Below, piece after piece: positions 58,200 to 64,000 of a DNA stretch of 64,000 nucleotides. Both the position numbers and the translations under genes were made by a program. Under the pieces are notes generated by a model. That model was not told the DNA's origin, did not search any database, and saw only the letters and a list, made by a program, of their open reading frames with translations. How positions within the stretch are numbered: position 1 is the stretch's first letter; every line of letters starts with the position of its first letter. Source of the DNA: the human T2T-CHM13v2.0 reference genome, Homo sapiens; assembly GCF_009914755.1 (NCBI RefSeq), contig NC_060929.1; one strand, written 5' to 3'.

Positions 58200-58640
58200 C
58201 ATCAGTCTTGCTGTATTTTTCTCTACTCGTTAGAACCTAGGAGGTGCCCCACCTCTTTCTACAAACTCACCTCTCACCCTCTCCTCTGAGCTCATTCAAT
58301 CCAACTCTTGAGCTTCAGTTCTTCAGGCCGTAGTGCTTGCTCTGCCTTCTGCTGAAAAGCTTGCCCCCACTCCCAAGTATCATCTTAATTGTCTCCTTAT
58401 CAGAATGACCTTCCATGACCAGAGTGGTTCACCTTCTATTCTCTATTACAGGTACCTCTTCGTTCTTCCTAGCACCTAACTTTAGTTCTAGGGGTTTCAT
58501 TATTGTCCATTATTGTTTATTGTCCATCTCTCATTAAAATATGAGCTTGATGAAAGCAGAATATGATCATTTTCATCCTTTTGAAGGCCTTTATCTCTAG
58601 GACCTACTGACATATATAGTAGATGTCAAAATATATAAAT
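58200..58640 (+). mobile_element. L2 3' fragment
   Basis: tgtttattgtccatctctcattaaaatatgagcttgatgaaagcag...tatctctaggaccta. Confidence 0.6.
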
Positions 58641-59671
58641 ATTTTACTGTTGAAAAATAGATTGGGATTGGAATTTTTTTTGTAAGTCAACTCTGTACTT
58701 TGCCATGTCTCTCCCTGACAGTGCATAACTGAACAGAGAACTGCACTCACAGCACCTACCCCCATAAATTCCTTTATGGAACAAGAGATTATGAAGAAGC
58801 CTAGTGGGGAGCAGAGTCAAACGTTAGTAAAATGCCTGTCAATGCCCCTTCTTGTTCTCAGCTCTGCCTTATGGTAGAGTTGATCATGGCCCATACAATT
58901 TTACAGGCCCAAAAGAAAGATCATTAGGAAACTTGATGGCATTGATGTGTTTTTAGGAAGTTCACTGGGTTTTTTGTTTGTTTGTTTGTTTACAAATCAT
59001 CCCTGAAAACATAATGCATTTTTGCACAGCAAATTGGTAATGTAGATACTGTAACTATTTCCAGGGGGCAAAAAAGGAAAACATTTGTTCTTCTCCTGAA
59101 GAACAGCCCTGTGGGAACAAAGATGCAAACAAAAAGTGACCACTTCAACGGTATTAGACTAGAATATGTGCTTAGCCTCACAAAGCGGACCAGCTGTGGA
59201 TGCTCCTGACCCATGACCCTTTTTCATCCCTATGTCTTCTCAATGACCTGTAAGAAGAGGAGCAATAAGAGATTTTCACAGTAGCCATTTGATTCCTACC
59301 AAGTGTAGGAAGGAAAGTCAGCATGGTATAAAATTAATGACCATCTGAGTCTAATCAGAGCAGTTTCTCTGTTAAGATATTAAAGATCTGTCGAAAATGG
59401 CAGACTTATCACTTTGAAGCTCACGTAGCTTCCTTAATTAGATGGACAATGGCTAGGTCCAGGTATCATGTAGGTTGGGCCTGGTTCAAAGATCTCGGTG
59501 ACAGCTTCACAGTGGGTAGGATTTGCATAAAGTTAGCAGGCTTCTCAGACTGGTGTTGAGCCCTGATGAGGCTACTGGAGGTGGCTGCATGGTCATCACA
59601 GAGTCACTGAGGTGTTGGTGGTGGTTGAAGTGGTAGAAGTTACACAGGGCCACACAGCCTCAAAGGAGGTT

Positions 59672-59824
59672 CTTCACAAGTCCAAGTCCAAGTCGATCCT
59701 TGACTTCACAAGCCCAAGTCCAAGTCAACTCTTGAGATTGCTAGATTAAATTAATATCAAGTCTTGACTCTGTAATGCTATGCAATCCCAGTTAGGAACA
59801 TTTGCAGTCCCAGGTAGGAACATT
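59672..59824. repeat. Two adjacent short tandem duplications (32 bp x2; 22 bp x2)
   Basis: 59672-59703 / 59704-59735 and 59781-59802 / 59803-59824. Confidence 0.85.
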
Positions 59825-60399
59825 TGAATGCCTGAGACCATGAGGTTACAGCTCTCCAAAACATGCTTTAGTAATATGACCATTCAGAATGACCTTCTTG
59901 GGAAACTCTACATCTAAAATATTTGACCACTATTTAATTAATTAATGATTACAGGTGGTTATATTATATGATAGCATTGTCTTGTCTTTTGGTAGTTTCT
60001 TCCCATCTAATGGCAAAACAACAGAAAGTTTTACTGTATTCACTCTTTGGGAAATATAATCCTCTTACATTTTGTGTGCAAGAAACAGATGATCCTTAAG
60101 TCAAGTGGATTTGTTTATGAACAGGTCAACATTGAAAATAGCTTTATGACGAAGTAATGCTTTGGATTTAAGCCTGCTTAGCATTGGTATAATTGTATGT
60201 GCCTTTGGAAAAACAAAGTTGTATAAGTTTTTACTTCTTCTGATATAGCTAGTTACTTATTACTAGAGAATATACTTTACTGTTTAACGTTGGCTTGATT
60301 TTTATTCATTTATTCATTCATTGAACAAATGTACACTCATTCATTCATTGAACAAATGTTTTGCTAAAAAATGCATTTGCTTTATTTCCATTAAAACAA

Positions 60400-60540
60400 A
60401 CATGACAATAAAGTGAATCACATAAATGTTTGGGTTTCACAGTGCAGATAAAGTTTATGTTTATACTGTAGTATTCTATTGTGCAATAGCATTATATCTA
60501 AAAGTACATACCATAACTTAAAAATACCTTACTGCTAAAA
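60400..60540 (+). mobile_element. Tigger2/MER28 fragment
   Basis: caataaagtgaatcac...ggtttcacagtgca...tgtgcaatagcattat...ctgctaaaa. Confidence 0.65.
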
Positions 60541-60549
60541 ACAATTGGG

Positions 60550-61580
60550 ATAAGAAAAAACTAAAAATATTAGGAATACAAACAAGTTAACAACATGAAT
60601 ATATACTTAGAATGAGAAAGGAAATTAAATTATTAATTTTTAAAAGATGACATCACAAAATCAGGAAGGATAATATTGCTAATAATTAACTGCCTCACAT
60701 ACATTTTCTGTACTTTCTGGTTGTATAGCCTTTAATTGTCTCTTCATATGACAGCTATATGCCATTATCACTTTCTGTATAGACAATGGAAAGATAATTA
60801 TTTTTATGGCAATTTTGACAAAACTTTTTAAATATTGATGGTTGTAATGTAGAATGCACACAACTTTACACAAAGTTACACATGGTATACATAACCTACA
60901 AACCCAAGTATTCTGGTTAATTATATTTTCCACAATTCTCATACAAAATAAAACACATATGGAACATTTATGATTATATATGCCAAATTCAATGTACAAT
61001 GTATTATTGACAGTAGAGCATTTGTTTTGATGAGGCATCAATGACAGTTGAATTCTACATTTGACATTTTACATATCTCATGATTATCAAATAAACTTTT
61101 GACTAGCTTCTGTCTTTTCTACTACCCATGTATTTCTGGTGCTGACCATTGTAGGTCGTGTTTATATTGCATCGTGTCCTTTGGTCCTCTTCCTTCATGT
61201 CACCATGCTTGGTGAATTGGAGCTATGGGTGGAAGGAGTATTCCTAGAAGACATTCCTATACCAGGAGAGCTAGCAGTAATGTACCTCTACTGGGAAGTG
61301 CTGCAAACCATATAAATATATTCTGCATTCAAACTATAGGAACCACTAAGCCAACTTCTTCTTAGATCTCCAAAATGCATGTAAATCCTCCAGAGCTAAC
61401 ACGAGGGGAAGTCAGAATAGAAAAAGATAGGGTTTAGCGAGTTGCAGTTAAAACATCTTTTAAAAATGTTATAAAATTGTATGACTATTGTCATGATTTA
61501 CTGGGGCCTCTCCTGGGGTCTTCAAAGGCCTGGGGTCTGCCCAAGTGAGGAATTAACGTTTTAACTTCAATTCCCCGGGC
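60550..61580. mobile_element. Probable hAT-Tip100 (Arthur1-like) DNA transposon
   Basis: Terminal ggggcctctcctggggtcttcaaaggcc...caagtgagg...ttaacttca resembles the Arthur1 end. Confidence 0.45.
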
Positions 61581-62516
61581 AGTACATTTGTTCCGGGAAG
61601 GAATAAGAAGAATGATAGATTGGAGATTGTCATTCATCTTTGTTTTTATCTTTCAACATGTTTTAATTTTTGATTAGAAAAATGAACGTACTCAGCATAT
61701 CTAAATTTCCCTTTCCATGCAGATTTCTTTATAACAGATGTATCCATTACCATATGTTTGCATGGAAAGGCCTCCTTTTATAATTATTTGTCGAAAAGTG
61801 CTCATCCCCTTCACTGTTTCTTTCTTATGTATTTTAATGAGTTGGAGACTGGAGTATTCTGTTTCATGGGACTCATTAAAGAGGGTGTGGTGGAGATGAC
61901 ATGCAATAAGCCACTATACGATGCAGCAAAAGATCCAAGTTATAATTCCTGCTCAGCTTCTAATTTGCTGTGTGACTTGAAAAGGAGCTGCTTCCTCCTG
62001 GTCTTGACTTCCACAGCTGGTCAATTTTGTCTTGGACAAAATTAGTAGTTCCCAGGAGCAAAGGATTCTGCAGAGATGCCTCAAAGGTAGCCAGACCCTG
62101 CTTTAAGCAGAGGAACTCCACTTTTTTTATTTTTTATTTTATTTTATTTTATTTTTTTGCTATTTTACACACTAGAGTTTCTTGCAAGACTTTGTCTTAC
62201 AATGATTACCCTATGAAAAAAAGTGAAAGCCATTTTTTAGATGTTGTCCCAAATGCTTAGAATCATCTGGGAGATTTTTCACAATGTTCCACCCTGAGCT
62301 CCAGATTCTGAAAATGGAGCTCAAAATTTGTACTATATTTGTTCAGTTTCTTTTGTGTTTCGGTGCATAATTAGGGTTGAGTGGCATTATTCTAGACCAA
62401 TGGCATGTAATCCTGTCTACTCTTAGAATTATCTGGGAAGCTTTAATAAATACTGATGCCTGGGTGCTACCTCTGTGATTGTTACTTAACCTGAGTACAG
62501 ATGTGTGTTTTTAAAA

Positions 62517-62822
62517 TTTTATTTACTTATTTATTTTTTGAGACGAAGTCTTCACTCTGTTGCCCAGGCTGGAGTGCAATGGTGCAATCTTGGCTCACTG
62601 CAACCTCCGCCTCCCGGGTTCAAGCAATTCTCCCTGCCTCAGCCTCCCAAGTAACTGGGATTACAGGCACCTGCCACCATGCCCAGCTAATTTTTGTATT
62701 TTTAGTAGAAATGGAGTTTTACCATGTTGGCCAGGCTGGTCTGAAACTCCTGACCTCAAGAGATCCCCCTTCCTTGGCATCCCAAAGTGCTGGGATTACA
62801 GGTGTGAGCCACCATGCCCGGC
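62517..62822 (-). mobile_element. AluS inserted in a MER5A (~62400-62890)
   Basis: Full dimer; TSD gagtaca(g/a)atg..ttttta; MER5 flanks agaattatctgggaagctttaataaatactgatgcctggg / ctgatgtgcatccagggctgagaacc. Confidence 0.88.
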
Positions 62823-64000
62823 TGAGTACAAATGTTTTTAACAGCTCCATCAGTAACTCTGATGTGCATCCAGGGCTGAGAACCCTTAGTCAAGAGAATC
62901 ACTGCATTCTGCCAAGTTCTACCAGTATGTGTATGAAAACAAGAAATCACAAGCATGCTACCTATACCTCCATCCTCTTATAAACATTTATTGAACATGT
63001 CATTTCCATTTTATAGCTACGTTTATGTAATGACACCATCGATTGGGTTGAATGACAGAGAAAAGGCAACTGATATAGTGGCAATATCACCAGCTTCTGC
63101 ACACTTATTTGTAAAGAATTTCTCACTGTTTATCTTGCCTATGACAATTCCAGATTATTGTTCAAGACCTTACCCTGCCACAAATCCTTTAGCCCTGCAC
63201 AAGCAGGTTAACTTCTCTAATCCTAATTTGGCTCATTCACAATTAGTTGATTAATATCAAAGGAAATTGCACACGTGATTCTAAGATTCTGTGATCATTT
63301 TCTTATTTCATAGAATATGATCTGATGGAAAATAAAAACCTAATTTATTTCAGGCTTATAAAGCATTATTTTTACTTTTATTTGATCTTCATGTTTAAAA
63401 AGGCCAGTGATTGATGACTTTGTTGTGTTCCCGTCTTCTTATAACACATCCCTGATCTGCAGAGGAATTATCAGAAGCTGAGATTTAAAACTGAGATCCT
63501 CTTACACCACAAATCTCACTGCCTGGCTGGGAACCCAGTGCTTTGGGAGCCTGAAGTGAAAATTTGCAAGTATACAAACAAGAACTTGCCCATGGTATTT
63601 AGCTTAAACCTTTACATACCCCCAGACAGCAGCAGAGCTGGTAGCAGATGGGAAATCATTCATTGGGTCATCATTTATGCATTCTGTTTTCCATTCAATC
63701 ATTCCACACACATATTCCAACATATACTAGGTACTGATTTCGGCACTAGGGTATGTGTTTGGAATGAGACAGATGCCATGTAGGCCTTCATGGAGCATTT
63801 CAGTTAGCCATAAGGAAGAATTCACTCAGTTTTTCAAATGGAATTCCACTGATGCCTAACGGCCATGAGTTCTCTAGGGGATTTTTAGATTTTATGTGTC
63901 CATTTTAATGATTATCTAAAAACCAAAAAAAAAAAATCATATTGTGAACCATCTGGAAGATATCCTAATAACCAAGGATGTGATTTTAGGGCCTGCATTT

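Noticed and set aside
59672-59824. CRISPR-like array
   Set aside because: Only two copies per unit, no spacers, eukaryotic context.
62501-62983. 160-aa ORF
   Set aside because: Typical translation of an antisense Alu.

Overview
Primate (human or great-ape) genomic DNA, AT-rich and dominated by transposable elements. No complete protein-coding gene is present. The only genic content is the 5' end of a + strand gene I recognise as SGCD (delta-sarcoglycan). It consists of a promoter with cardiac/muscle motifs at ~47.2-47.9 kb, a non-coding first exon ending at 48046, and a 46-nt second exon (50348-50393) whose only coding content is the initiator ATG. Exon 3 should lie just past the window end. 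The gene identity comes from recalled sequence and exon structure, not a database search. Upstream lie a 5'-truncated L1PA (4.9-7.6 kb) and a ~19-kb nest of retroelements (12.4-31.5 kb). The nest includes two near-full-length old L1s, a complete THE1B MaLR provirus, a young L1PA2 fragment and several Alus. A twin-primed L1 sits at 35.7-37.6 kb, and MIR, L2, MER and Alu copies are scattered throughout. Almost all ORFs in the track are repeat-derived or random. I found no evidence of a new multi-gene system. The best leads are: (i) a strong-Kozak uORF whose stop is predicted to overlap the SGCD start codon only when exon 2 is included; (ii) a sense THE1B with DUX4 motifs in both LTRs and a nearly open internal frame; and (iii) a probable ancient L1 3' transduction. 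Repeat subfamily names and boundaries are by-eye estimates.
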